Part shown: positions 22,657 to 31,933 of the stretch, piece after piece
Layout of the letters: every line of letters starts with the position of its first letter
How positions within the stretch are numbered: position 1 is the first letter of the stretch
Source of the DNA: Anaerolineae bacterium
GTDB lineage: Bacteria; Chloroflexota; Anaerolineae; Anaerolineales; E44-bin32
Length of the DNA stretch: 64,000 nt
Direction of reading: 5' to 3'
NCBI GenBank assembly: GCA_011192015.1
Contig: DUET01000064.1
Span: forward strand, 9,355 to 73,354
The notes under the pieces: generated by a model
What the model was told of the DNA's origin: nothing
The model's input: only the letters and a program-made list of their open reading frames with translations
Databases searched by the model: none
Translations under genes and position numbers: made by a program

Positions 22657-22691
22657 AGAACAATTGTACTACTAAACGCGCTCCATGTCAA
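22657..22691 (-). promoter_or_regulatory. Sigma70 promoter of ssb with overlapping LexA-type box
   Basis: Minus-strand TTGACA-N17-TACAAT; AGAAC-AATT-GTACT at 22657-22670 overlaps the -10. Confidence 0.65.
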
Positions 22692-22791
22692 GATTCTTCC
22701 TTCCTGGGACAGATTTGACGGCCTTCCTTCCCCCGGGTAGACTGACATCCGTTACAAGCTCCATCACATCCTTTCTTGGAAGCCAAGGATC

Positions 22792-23718
22792 ATGCCCCTC
22801 CGCCGTAAATTGATTTGGATCGCGATCCTCTTGGGGGCTGCACTGGCCATCTGGCTACTCAACGTGAGCAGACCCGGCAGGAATGTGCGCGGTTGTCCGC
22901 AAGGTTGCGCGACAGATGCCCGGCGGCTCGACGGCCCCCTGCGCGTGGCCTCGTTGAACATGCTCCATGGTCATCCGGATTTCGAACATCTTGAATCGCG
23001 AATGGATCTTATCGCCGATGAGATCCTTGCCCTAGACGCCGACATCGTCTTACTGCAGGAGGTCCCGTGGACGGTTACACTGGGAGATGTTGCCGAGTAC
23101 ATCGCTCAGCGCTGCGGCATGAACCACGTCTATCTTCGCTCCAACGGCAACCGCTGGGCGATCTTCTTCGAGGAGGGCTCCGCCATCCTCAGCCGCTATG
23201 CGCTGAAGAATCCCTCCTTTACAGAGCTTCGCCCTCGAGCAGCGTTCTTCGAGCACCGCATCGCGCTGCATGCCACAGCGATCACTCCTTGGGGCGACGT
23301 CGATGTCTTCGTCACCCATCTCACGGACGGTGAAGACGAGATCAATCAAGCCCAGGCCGAAGCCCTGCAGGCATTCGTGCAGGCAACCGGCCGCGCTCCA
23401 GCCATCGTGGGGGGCGACTTCAACGCCAGGGAGGATGAAGCGCATATGCTCGCGCTGGCCACGGTTTGGACGGATGCCTACCGCTCCGTGCATGCAACCG
23501 ACCTGGGATGGACTTGCTGCATCGATGAACTGACCACAGACCCTTCCGAGCCCCTGGAAAAACGCATTGACTACATCTTCATGGTGCCGCGCACAGGAGC
23601 AACGATGCGTATTCAAAGCGCGGAGATCGTCTTCGATCGGCCATCGCCCACCGACACGGGTTGGCTCTGGTCCTCCGATCATCTTGGGCTCATGCTCGAG
23701 ATCAAGATGGCTCCCTGA
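22792..23718 (+). CDS. Endonuclease/exonuclease/phosphatase family protein, membrane-anchored
   Basis: SLN, LQEV, THL, GGDFN, IDYIF, SDH motifs. Confidence 0.9.
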   Translation: MPLRRKLIWIAILLGAALAIWLLNVSRPGRNVRGCPQGCATDARRLDGPLRVASLNMLHGHPDFEHLESRMDLIADEILALDADIVLLQEVPWTVTLGDVAEYIAQRCGMNHVYLRSNGNRWAIFFEEGSAILSRYALKNPSFTELRPRAAFFEHRIALHATAITPWGDVDVFVTHLTDGEDEINQAQAEALQAFVQATGRAPAIVGGDFNAREDEAHMLALATVWTDAYRSVHATDLGWTCCIDELTTDPSEPLEKRIDYIFMVPRTGATMRIQSAEIVFDRPSPTDTGWLWSSDHLGLMLEIKMAP

Positions 23719-23861
23719 CTTCCCGAATCCATCATGATCAGAGTCTCTTCTTCCGGTGTTTAATAAATCGGGGGAACTCCTCAACGCCTCTACCCACGGC
23801 TGAGAAGGAATGTGGAAAAGCCTGACGAGTGCGGATCGTATCATCCACACTCGCCTCTTTG

Positions 23862-23935
23862 TGCCCCAGGTGCGAATCGAACGCACAGCCTAGGCTTTAG
23901 GAGAGCCTCGCTCTGTCCAATTGAGCTACTGGGGC
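23862..23935 (-). tRNA. tRNA-Arg (anticodon CCT), CCA not encoded
   Basis: Reverse complement GCCCCAG TAGCTCAATTGGACAGAGC G AGGCT-CTCCTAA-AGCCT ... GTGCG-TTCGATT-CGCAC CTGGGGC A; TATAAT upstream. Confidence 0.95.
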
Positions 23936-23991
23936 TCTAGAAAATTATAACGCCTTTCCACCACCAGTTCGCTGCAGGGATACGCCTCCCG

Positions 23992-25062
23992 TCAATCTCT
24001 GCACTCGATGGCGTACACCACGAACTGCCCGCTCTTTCCCGGCAGGCGGATCGGATCCAGCTTCTCTGCCTGCACGCCCTCGATCTGATCGTATGTGGCT
24101 TCGCTCAACAGGATCTGCCATGCGGCGGCGGCCTCTTGAAGCCGCTTGGCCACGTTGGGCACATCGCCCACAACCGTGTAATCCATCATCTGCTCGGATC
24201 CGACGTTCCCCACCACAGCCTCGCCCGAATGCAAGCCAACGCCAAGCGCCAGCGAGGAGAGTTCATCACCAGCCTCTGCGCATACCGTGCGAAAGACACG
24301 CTGCATCTCCCGTGCTGTGTCCACGGCGCGTTGGGCATCATCCTCTCCCGGAACAGGAGCGCCGTAGAAGGCCATCAAACCATCGCCCAAATACTTGTCG
24401 AAGGTGCCCTTGTGGCGGAAGACCACCTGGCTCAACTCGGTGAAGATTCGATTCAAGGTGCCGATCACCTGTGGACCGGCGTGTCCTTCCGCATAATGCG
24501 TGAAGCCGCGAATATCGGCGAAGAGCACCGTAACCGGGCGGATCTCTCCTCCGAGTTTCAGGTAGCGCTCCGGATCGGTGAGGATCACCTCGGTCAGATC
24601 CTCTGCCATGTAACGATTGAGCGTCTGCTGCAGCAGCCGATTGCGCTTCTCGATTTCATCATGCAGATTCTTGAGGCGCAACAGCGAGCGCACGCGCGTG
24701 AGCAGGATGATCGATCTGAAGGGCTTGGTGATGAAGTCGTCGGCGCCGGCTTCGATGGCCCTGAGTTCGTCGTCTTCGCTGTCCAAGGCCGTAACAATGA
24801 TCACCGGTACGAAGCGCGTGTCCGGAGCCTGCTTCATCGCCCGGCAGAGCTCCAACCCATCCATGCCCGGCATCTGCAGGTCCACGAGGGCCAGATCGGG
24901 AGGCTGACCGCGGATGGCTTCGAGTGCAGCTTCGCCGCTGGAAGCAGCGACCACCTCACAACCAGAGGTGGTCAGGTATTCCGCATGGAGATCGCGACTC
25001 AGCCAGTCGTCGTCAACGATCAATATGCGCGGTGAGCGATTGAATTCAGCCTGGAGATCCAT
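23992..25062 (-). CDS. Response regulator receiver + class III adenylate cyclase
   Basis: REC (VDDD, DLQMP, KP); cyclase FADIRGFT, DKYLGDG, YTVVGDVPNVAKRL. Confidence 0.9.
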   Translation of the reverse strand: MDLQAEFNRSPRILIVDDDWLSRDLHAEYLTTSGCEVVAASSGEAALEAIRGQPPDLALVDLQMPGMDGLELCRAMKQAPDTRFVPVIIVTALDSEDDELRAIEAGADDFITKPFRSIILLTRVRSLLRLKNLHDEIEKRNRLLQQTLNRYMAEDLTEVILTDPERYLKLGGEIRPVTVLFADIRGFTHYAEGHAGPQVIGTLNRIFTELSQVVFRHKGTFDKYLGDGLMAFYGAPVPGEDDAQRAVDTAREMQRVFRTVCAEAGDELSSLALGVGLHSGEAVVGNVGSEQMMDYTVVGDVPNVAKRLQEAAAAWQILLSEATYDQIEGVQAEKLDPIRLPGKSGQFVVYAIECRD

Positions 25063-25104
25063 GAGACCTCTAACGCTGGTTGGTTATCCTGCTTCGAACA
25101 CCGC

Positions 25105-25806
25105 TCAGTCGATCCTGCCTTTGGCGACCGCCATCTTCAATTCGCCGATGGCCTTGGTGATCTCGATTTCGCGCGGGCATGCCTCCGTACAATTGAAGAT
25201 GTCGTGGCAGCGCCACACACCCATGCGTTCATTGAGGACTACCAGCCGCTCAGCGGCGGCTCGATCGCGGCTGTCGAAGATGAATCGATGGGCCTGCACA
25301 AACGCTGCCGGGCCGATATACTCACCGCTGGCCCAGAAGGAGGGACAGGAGGTCGTACAGGCGGCGCACAGAATACACTTCGTGGTATCGTCGAAGCGTT
25401 CCCGTTCCACGATGCTCTGCAGGCGCTCGCGCTGCGGAGGCGGATCGTCGTTCACGAAATAGGGCATCACGCTGCGATAATGCTCGAAGAAGGGCTCCAT
25501 GTCCACGATAAGGTCTTTGACCACCGGCATGCCCAGCAGCGGCTCGATCTTGATCTTCCTGCCCACGTCCTTGACCAGGACCTTGCAGGCCAGGCGGTTG
25601 ACGCCATTGATGCGCATGGCGTCCGACCCGCAGATCCCGTGAGCGCAGGAGCGGCGGTAGGCGAGTGTGCCATCCTGATACCACTTCACCTGGTTGAGCA
25701 GATCCAGCACTTGGTCGTTGGGTTGACCCTCGACGACATAATTCTCGAAGTGAGGGCGTTTATCCTTCTCAGGATCATAGCGTAAGATGCGAAGTTTGAC
25801 CTTCAT
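25105..25806 (-). CDS. sdhB: Succinate dehydrogenase iron-sulfur subunit
   Basis: SCAHGICGSD, CILCAACTTSCP, CHDIFNCTEACP. Confidence 0.95.
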   Translation of the reverse strand: MKVKLRILRYDPEKDKRPHFENYVVEGQPNDQVLDLLNQVKWYQDGTLAYRRSCAHGICGSDAMRINGVNRLACKVLVKDVGRKIKIEPLLGMPVVKDLIVDMEPFFEHYRSVMPYFVNDDPPPQRERLQSIVERERFDDTTKCILCAACTTSCPSFWASGEYIGPAAFVQAHRFIFDSRDRAAAERLVVLNERMGVWRCHDIFNCTEACPREIEITKAIGELKMAVAKGRID

Positions 25807-25816
25807 GCCGCCTCTC

Positions 25817-27604
25817 CTAATACACACGCGCTTTGGGCTGGAACTTGGTGATCGTCACCGGTTTGTAGCGCAGCTCGACCTCGTCCTTCTTGAGAAAGGC
25901 CAGCGTATGTTTGAGCCATTTCTTGTCGTCGCGCTTGGGGTAGTCCTCACGGGCATGAGCGCCGCGTGATTCGGTGCGCTCCAGCGCCGACACGGCGGTG
26001 ACTTCGGCGATATCCAACAAGCAGCCCACTTCCCAGGCCTCGAGGATGTCCGTGTTGTACAGGTATCCCTGATCATCCACGCGGACTTCCTGGAAGCGTT
26101 CCTTCAACTCGCGGACCTTGTCCACTGCTTCGCGCATACCATCCTGCGTGCGGAAGACGCCGACATGATCGAACATCACCTTCTGCATCTCTTGGCGGAG
26201 ATCGGCGGCCTTTTCCTTGCCGCTGCCGTTGCGCAGGGCATCGAGTTGTTGGCGGGTGAAATCCACTGGGTCATCAGGCAGAGCGACGAAACCGTTCTGG
26301 TTGGCGAATTCAGCCGCCCGGACACCCGATTCCTTGCCGAAGACGATGAGATCGAGCAGCGAATTCGTTCCCAGACGATTGGCACCATGCACCGACACAC
26401 AGGCACATTCTCCTGCAGCATACAACCCCGGCATGACCGTGTTCTTCTCGTCGATGAGCACGCGCCCGTGCACGTCGGTGGGAATGCCGCCCATGGCGTA
26501 ATGCGCCGTGGGTTGAACCGGCATGGGTTGCGTCACCGGATCGACATCCATGTACGTGCGGCAGAAATCAATGATGTCCGGCAGCTTGGCCATGACATCG
26601 GCGGCTGAAAGCCTATAGGGCGATCCGTCGGGGAATGTACGGCCATCCTTCTGCGCGTACTTGTTCACGGTGTCTGGGCGAACGTCGAGGTTCAGATAGC
26701 GCTTTCCATCGATGCCGCGACCGTCGCGCATTTCCAAATACATGGCGCGACTGACGACATCACGCGAGGCCAAATCCTTGGCCGTGGGGGCATAGGTCTC
26801 CATGAAGCGCGCGTTCTCGCTGTTGAGCAGCACGCCGCCCTCGCCACGCACACCCTCCGTGATGAGGATCCCCAGCTTGTAGATTCCGGTGGGGTGGAAT
26901 TGATAGAACTCCATGTCTTCCGCAGGGATGCCGCGCCGCAAGGTGATGCCCACACCGTCGCCGGTGTAGGAGTGGGCATTGGAGGTAATCTCCCAAACCC
27001 GTCCCCATCCGCCGATGGCGATGATCACGGACTTGGCATGGAAGGTATGCAGTTCGCCCGTGGCCAATTCGTAAGCCACAACCCCGCAGCACACCCCATC
27101 CGTGATCAGCAGGTCCAGTACCTGGAACTCATCGAAGAAGGTGATGTTGTTCTTGATGCACTGCTGGTAGAGCGTCTGCAGGATCATGTGCCCCGTGCGG
27201 TCGGCGGCATAGCAGGCGCGGCGCACATTCTTGCCCGTCTCGTTGTTGGTATGTCCGCCGAACGGTCGTTGTGCGATGCGTCCTTCGGGTGTGCGGTTGA
27301 ACGGCAGTCCCATGTGTTCGAGTTCATACACTACGGGAACGGCTTGTTCGCACATGAATTCGATCGTGTCCTGGTCACCGAGGTAGTCGCTGCCCTTGAC
27401 CGTGTCGAAGGTATGCCATTCGGGGCGATCCTCTTCCTCACTGCCCAAGGCAGCGCCGACGCCTCCCTGCGCGGTTCCGGTATGCGATCGTACGGGATAG
27501 AGCTTGCTGAGCACGGCGGTTCTGGCGCCTCGAGACGCATAGAGAGCGGCCATCAATCCTGCCCCGCCAGCGCCGACAATGATGACTTCGTATTGATGTT
27601 GCAT
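25817..27604 (-). CDS. sdhA: Succinate dehydrogenase flavoprotein subunit
   Basis: GAGGAG, RSHTGTAQGG, QFHPT, HYAMGG, HGANRLGTNSL, ESRGAH. Confidence 0.97.
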   Translation of the reverse strand: MQHQYEVIIVGAGGAGLMAALYASRGARTAVLSKLYPVRSHTGTAQGGVGAALGSEEEDRPEWHTFDTVKGSDYLGDQDTIEFMCEQAVPVVYELEHMGLPFNRTPEGRIAQRPFGGHTNNETGKNVRRACYAADRTGHMILQTLYQQCIKNNITFFDEFQVLDLLITDGVCCGVVAYELATGELHTFHAKSVIIAIGGWGRVWEITSNAHSYTGDGVGITLRRGIPAEDMEFYQFHPTGIYKLGILITEGVRGEGGVLLNSENARFMETYAPTAKDLASRDVVSRAMYLEMRDGRGIDGKRYLNLDVRPDTVNKYAQKDGRTFPDGSPYRLSAADVMAKLPDIIDFCRTYMDVDPVTQPMPVQPTAHYAMGGIPTDVHGRVLIDEKNTVMPGLYAAGECACVSVHGANRLGTNSLLDLIVFGKESGVRAAEFANQNGFVALPDDPVDFTRQQLDALRNGSGKEKAADLRQEMQKVMFDHVGVFRTQDGMREAVDKVRELKERFQEVRVDDQGYLYNTDILEAWEVGCLLDIAEVTAVSALERTESRGAHAREDYPKRDDKKWLKHTLAFLKKDEVELRYKPVTITKFQPKARVY

Positions 27605-27636
27605 CCGTGATACCCTCCAGAGGGTCTATGCCCGGC

Positions 27637-28059
27637 TCAGGAATACAGGATGACGTAGACCGCAAAGATCATGCAGGCCAACCAAAGCATGAAGAGCAGA
27701 ACACGCAACATGGCTACGAGCAGCGGTCTGCTGATGTAATCCTCGAGCACCATGCGCACGCCGTTGATGCCATGTCCGGCTGCCAGAAAGATCATCAGCA
27801 CGCTGAAGATTTGCCAGAAGGCATTCGACCATCCCACACTGACGTCGGGGATGTCACTGTTGACCACATGGTTGGGATTGGGGAAGAAGACCCATCGTGT
27901 CATGGTTGGGAGATCCAGCAGGGTCCTGCCCCCCAGCGAAAAGGCGACGCCCATGCTGATGGCTGCAAACAGCAGAAGCAGCAATCCTGAGAATCGCGTG
28001 AAGAGCCATAGGACATACTCGATGAATCCTGATGAACGGATCGGGCGAGAGGTTCGCAT
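27637..28059 (-). CDS. sdhD: Succinate dehydrogenase membrane anchor
   Basis: WLFTRFSG, HGINGVRMVLEDY; position in operon. Confidence 0.8.
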   Translation of the reverse strand: MRTSRPIRSSGFIEYVLWLFTRFSGLLLLLFAAISMGVAFSLGGRTLLDLPTMTRWVFFPNPNHVVNSDIPDVSVGWSNAFWQIFSVLMIFLAAGHGINGVRMVLEDYISRPLLVAMLRVLLFMLWLACMIFAVYVILYS

Positions 28060-28080
28060 GCGGTTTCTCCTTCGCCTCTG

Positions 28081-28470
28081 CTAACTGCTTGAAAGCGAGG
28101 TTTGGATCAGGAAATAGGAGGGAAAACCGAAACTGACGACGAAGATGGCCCATTGCAGCCAAAGCAATTCGCGCTGGAACCGCATCAGCTTGGGAAAAAG
28201 GTCCATCAAGGTCAGACGCGTGCCGTTGAGGGCATGGTACAGCACACTGAAATAGACGAAGAGTTGGAACTGCCAAGATTCGTAGATCGTGTTCAGCGCA
28301 AAGGAAAGGTCATCGCCGAACTGCTGGCCGAAGAAGCCCGCCACAACGTGTATGCCCACAAAAGCTACGATGCCCAACCCTGTGATGCGATGCAGGATGA
28401 AGTTGAGCATGCCTTGCTTGCCACGGTAGCGCAGCCCTGCCAGAAAACTTACGCGTCGACTTAGCGCCAT
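28081..28470 (-). CDS. sdhC: Succinate dehydrogenase cytochrome b subunit
   Basis: LHRITG, HALNGTRLTLMD; position in operon. Confidence 0.85.
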   Translation of the reverse strand: MALSRRVSFLAGLRYRGKQGMLNFILHRITGLGIVAFVGIHVVAGFFGQQFGDDLSFALNTIYESWQFQLFVYFSVLYHALNGTRLTLMDLFPKLMRFQRELLWLQWAIFVVSFGFPSYFLIQTSLSSS

Positions 28471-28726
28471 GGTGCCTCCTAGTGGAAACACGGGAAGAGA
28501 ATTTCTTCTGGTTGGGGTTGTCCTCGATTATACAGGTAACTCCCTCCACACCAGCAGCGACGCTTATCAGTTATTCTGCAGCCAACCATCATGAAATCGC
28601 TCATGAAAGCGTGGTGAAGAAGCTCACTATCCGGTCCCTTTAAGGCAATGTAGAATGGCAGGGATTGGGACAGCCATTCACTCTGTCTACACGACAGCAT
28701 AACGAGAACCGCACCTGGAGGTGCGT

Positions 28727-29221
28727 ATGCCCGAGATCGAGCATGGGGGAGGGATCAGCCGGCGAAGCTTCGTGACAGGCGTGGTCGCATTCCTCGGAAG
28801 TGTGATCGCCTCCGTGATCGGAATCCCCGCCATCGGCTATTTAATCGCCCCCGGTTTGAAGAAGCACACCAGCGATGAGTGGGTCCCCATCGGGAAACTG
28901 GAAGACATTCCCATGGATATCCCAATTCTCTCGACCTTCACGCGAACTTCTCAAATTGGTTGGGAACGCAGCGCTACCAGCTTCGGCGTCTACGTGGTCC
29001 GTAAATCCGCCGACGAATTCGATGTCTTCTCGAATATCTGCACCCATCTGAGCTGCCGGGTATCCTGGAAGGACGATCAGGAGGCCTTCGTGTGTCCCTG
29101 CCACAATGGCATCTTTGGCAAGGACGGCTCGATCATCTCCGGGCCACAGCCCCGCCCACTCGATCGCTTTGAATACAAGGTCGAAGACGGAACCCTGCTG
29201 GTCCATTTGGTGGAGGGCTGA
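28727..29221 (+). CDS. qcrA: Rieske iron-sulfur subunit of a menaquinol:cytochrome c oxidoreductase
   Basis: Tat motif SRRSF; CTHLSC and CPCH boxes. Confidence 0.9.
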   Translation: MPEIEHGGGISRRSFVTGVVAFLGSVIASVIGIPAIGYLIAPGLKKHTSDEWVPIGKLEDIPMDIPILSTFTRTSQIGWERSATSFGVYVVRKSADEFDVFSNICTHLSCRVSWKDDQEAFVCPCHNGIFGKDGSIISGPQPRPLDRFEYKVEDGTLLVHLVEG

Positions 29222-29222
29222 T

Positions 29223-29882
29223 ATGGCAGCGAAATGGATCTCCTGGCTGGACGAGCGTCTTGGCCTTACAACGATCTATCGCACAATCCTGGACCGCAAG
29301 GTTCCAAAGGTCAACTGGTTCTTCACCCTCGGCAGCGCCACGCTCTTCCTGGGCGTCTTGCAAGGTTTGACCGGCATCTTCCTCACCGTCTACTACGTGC
29401 CCCATCCGGAACAGGCCTACGACAGCATCAACTACATCATGACCGAGGTTTCCTTCGGCTGGTTGATTCGAGGCATTCACCACTGGGGCGCCAGTCTGCT
29501 GGTGATCACCGTCTTCCTGCACATGCTGCGAACCTTCTTCTACGGCGCCTATAAATACCCTCGCGAGATCACCTGGGTCACGGGCGTGTTTTTGCTCCTG
29601 CTCACGCTGGGGATGGGCTTCACGGGTTATCTTCTGCCCTGGAACCAGCGTGCCTTCTGGGCCACTACGGTGGCTACATCGATCACAGAGACGGTCCCGT
29701 TCATAGGCCCCTTCATCAACACAGCCCTGCGCGGAGGAACGGAACTGAGCACCTTAACGCTGGTGCGCTTCTTCAGCGCGCACATTTGGATCCTGCCCGC
29801 GCTGGTCGTCGCCATCGTAGGCATCCACCTCTACCTCGTGGTCCGCATCGGCATCAGCCACGTGCCAGCCAAGGACGAATAG
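29223..29882 (+). CDS. qcrB: Cytochrome b6-like N-terminal subunit (split cytochrome b)
   Basis: GWLIRGIHHWGAS, HMLRTF, GFTGYLLPWNQ, HIWILP...HL. Confidence 0.9.
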   Translation: MAAKWISWLDERLGLTTIYRTILDRKVPKVNWFFTLGSATLFLGVLQGLTGIFLTVYYVPHPEQAYDSINYIMTEVSFGWLIRGIHHWGASLLVITVFLHMLRTFFYGAYKYPREITWVTGVFLLLLTLGMGFTGYLLPWNQRAFWATTVATSITETVPFIGPFINTALRGGTELSTLTLVRFFSAHIWILPALVVAIVGIHLYLVVRIGISHVPAKDE

Positions 29883-29892
29883 GAGCGCCGCC

Positions 29893-31050
29893 GTGGATCA
29901 AGCAGAGAAGAAACGCTACGAGGAACGTTATCAAGCCGAGAAGCAGCGCGGGGAGAAGTTCTTCCCGGACATCATCTACAAGGACTTGGTGGTGTCGTTT
30001 GCGCTGTTTCTCGTGTTGATTTTGCTGGCCACGTTCGTGGGCGTCTCCAGCGAACCCCCAGCCGATCCCAGCGATACATCCTACATCCCACGACCGGAAT
30101 GGTATTTCCTGTTCCTGTTTGAGCTCCTGAAGTACTTCCCGGGGCAGCTGGAATGGGTGGGTACGACGGTCGTGCCTGTGATTGCTATTTTAGCCTTGCT
30201 GCTGCTGCCCTTCTACGATCGCGGCCCTCTGCGCCACTGGCGCAAACGTCCCATCGCCATCTCGGTCATGTCGCTGGCCGTGGCGGGGATCGTGGCACTC
30301 ACGATCATGGCCTCCATAACCACACCACCACAGGAAGAATTCAGCGTTGTGGCTTCGGTCACCGACGAGATCGTTATCGGCCAGGATCTGTACGGCCTAC
30401 ACTGCGTCGAGTGCCACGGCTCTGAAGGCGAGGGCGGCGAGATCGTCTCTGTCGAGGGACTCGAGGGCGTGGTCGTGGATCCGCTCAACGCTCCCGACTT
30501 CATGTACACCCGCACGGACGACACGATCTTCAACGTGATCGATTACGGCCAGCAGGATTTGGGCATGCAGCCCTTCGGGAAAGCCTATGGTGGGGAACTG
30601 CAGCGCTCGGACATTGGCGCCATCGTGACCTTCATGCGCTATACCTGGGATGACCGGGTGGAGATTCCGCAGGAAGCCGCTGCCGCCGGAGCGGTTCCCA
30701 CCCTGGGTCCGGATGACATACCATCCTATTCCCTGCACGTGGAACCCATCATTCGTCGCACCTGCGTTTCTTGCCATCGCCCCAATCGTGAAAACAACGA
30801 ATACCTGATGCAAACCTACGATGAGGTGATGAACTCCGGCATCAACGCACCCAATGTCATTCCCGGCGATCTGAACAGCAACGTGATCCGCATGATCCTG
30901 CGCGAGGAGATCGAAGCCGGTGGCCCCATGCCGCCGACGCGAGCACTCAAAGCAGAATGGGTGGAGATTTGGATACGCTGGGTGGAGGGTGGAGCTCCTG
31001 AGTTCCCCCTCGAATCGACGGATACACCAGAACCCACTCCCGCCCCCTGA
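29893..31050 (+). CDS. qcrC: Subunit IV fused to two c-type cytochrome domains
   Basis: PRPEWYFLF motif; CVECH and CVSCH. Confidence 0.85.
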   Translation: MDQAEKKRYEERYQAEKQRGEKFFPDIIYKDLVVSFALFLVLILLATFVGVSSEPPADPSDTSYIPRPEWYFLFLFELLKYFPGQLEWVGTTVVPVIAILALLLLPFYDRGPLRHWRKRPIAISVMSLAVAGIVALTIMASITTPPQEEFSVVASVTDEIVIGQDLYGLHCVECHGSEGEGGEIVSVEGLEGVVVDPLNAPDFMYTRTDDTIFNVIDYGQQDLGMQPFGKAYGGELQRSDIGAIVTFMRYTWDDRVEIPQEAAAAGAVPTLGPDDIPSYSLHVEPIIRRTCVSCHRPNRENNEYLMQTYDEVMNSGINAPNVIPGDLNSNVIRMILREEIEAGGPMPPTRALKAEWVEIWIRWVEGGAPEFPLESTDTPEPTPAP

Positions 31051-31063
31051 TCGAGAAGCATCA

Positions 31064-31100
31064 CCAGGGAAGCTGACGGATCCAGCGTCAGCTTTCTTGG
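31064..31100 (+). terminator. Intrinsic terminator
   Basis: CCAGGGAAGCTGACG...CGTCAGCTTTCTTGG. Confidence 0.7.
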
Positions 31101-31305
31101 ATTCTCTGGATGGCGACAAAGACGCGCGCGCTGGTCGAGCGTGAGCCGCAATCGGCGACGGAACACTCAGATCGAGGGACGAGCCTCTGCCGGTCTCGAG
31201 CGTGCCGCGACAGCGACCCGACGCAGGCAGTTTCATGTTCCAAGGGATTGACCCAGGAGAGAGAATCAGTGCAAGGCGAACTGCACTTGTGGGATAAGAT
31301 CCGAA

Positions 31306-31923
31306 TCACCCGATGGGTAGAAGAGCCAACAACGCGCGCAAGGCGATGGCAATGTTCAAGCCGAGAATGTAGAGTTCACATCCCTCCGGAACAGCCAGAG
31401 TAGCGACGGGAGCCTCTTTCGCCTCCCATTCGGAGAACCAGATCACCGCCAAGCTGGTGAAGAGGATCGCTCCGGCTACGACCCAAAGGATCCGCAGCCA
31501 GAGCGCAGGATCCCAGATGAGGATCAAGAGCCAGCCGGCGAGATAAAACCATGTAAGCAGATATAAAGCCCTCAAGCCGCGGGCGATTCTCCCTCGTAGA
31601 GATGTTCCGAGCAGGAGCGCTAGAATCAGCAGTGCGCAGGTCATGCTCAACACAGCCCCCCAGGCTCTTCCCTCATCCGTGAACGCCACGCCCGTCAACA
31701 CGCCTGCCACCAGCGATAAGGCCAGCAGTAAAACCAGATTCCAGTTGCGGGTCTTTCGGAACGTGAGCAGCCCCACGAAGAGCAGCGCACCGACCAAGAG
31801 CAGCGGCAATTGCCATGGCTTGGTCACGTAGACAGCCAGCAGCATGTTCCCCAAGACTGTGGCTCCCAGAGCCAGACCAAAGACGGGTAGAACCTGCAAC
31901 GCGAACGTGAGTAAGGGAATCAT
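31306..31923 (-). CDS. Polytopic membrane protein, weakly Bax-inhibitor-1/YccA-like
   Basis: About 7 TM helices; C-terminal ELYILGLNIAIAL resembles the LYLDxxNLF motif. Confidence 0.5.
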   Translation of the reverse strand: MIPLLTFALQVLPVFGLALGATVLGNMLLAVYVTKPWQLPLLLVGALLFVGLLTFRKTRNWNLVLLLALSLVAGVLTGVAFTDEGRAWGAVLSMTCALLILALLLGTSLRGRIARGLRALYLLTWFYLAGWLLILIWDPALWLRILWVVAGAILFTSLAVIWFSEWEAKEAPVATLAVPEGCELYILGLNIAIALRALLALLPIG

Positions 31924-31933
31924 TTTGACCTCG

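Noticed and set aside
23862-23935. tRNA-Arg as an island integration site
   Set aside because: No duplicate of the tRNA 3' end and no integrase were seen; flanks are ordinary genes.
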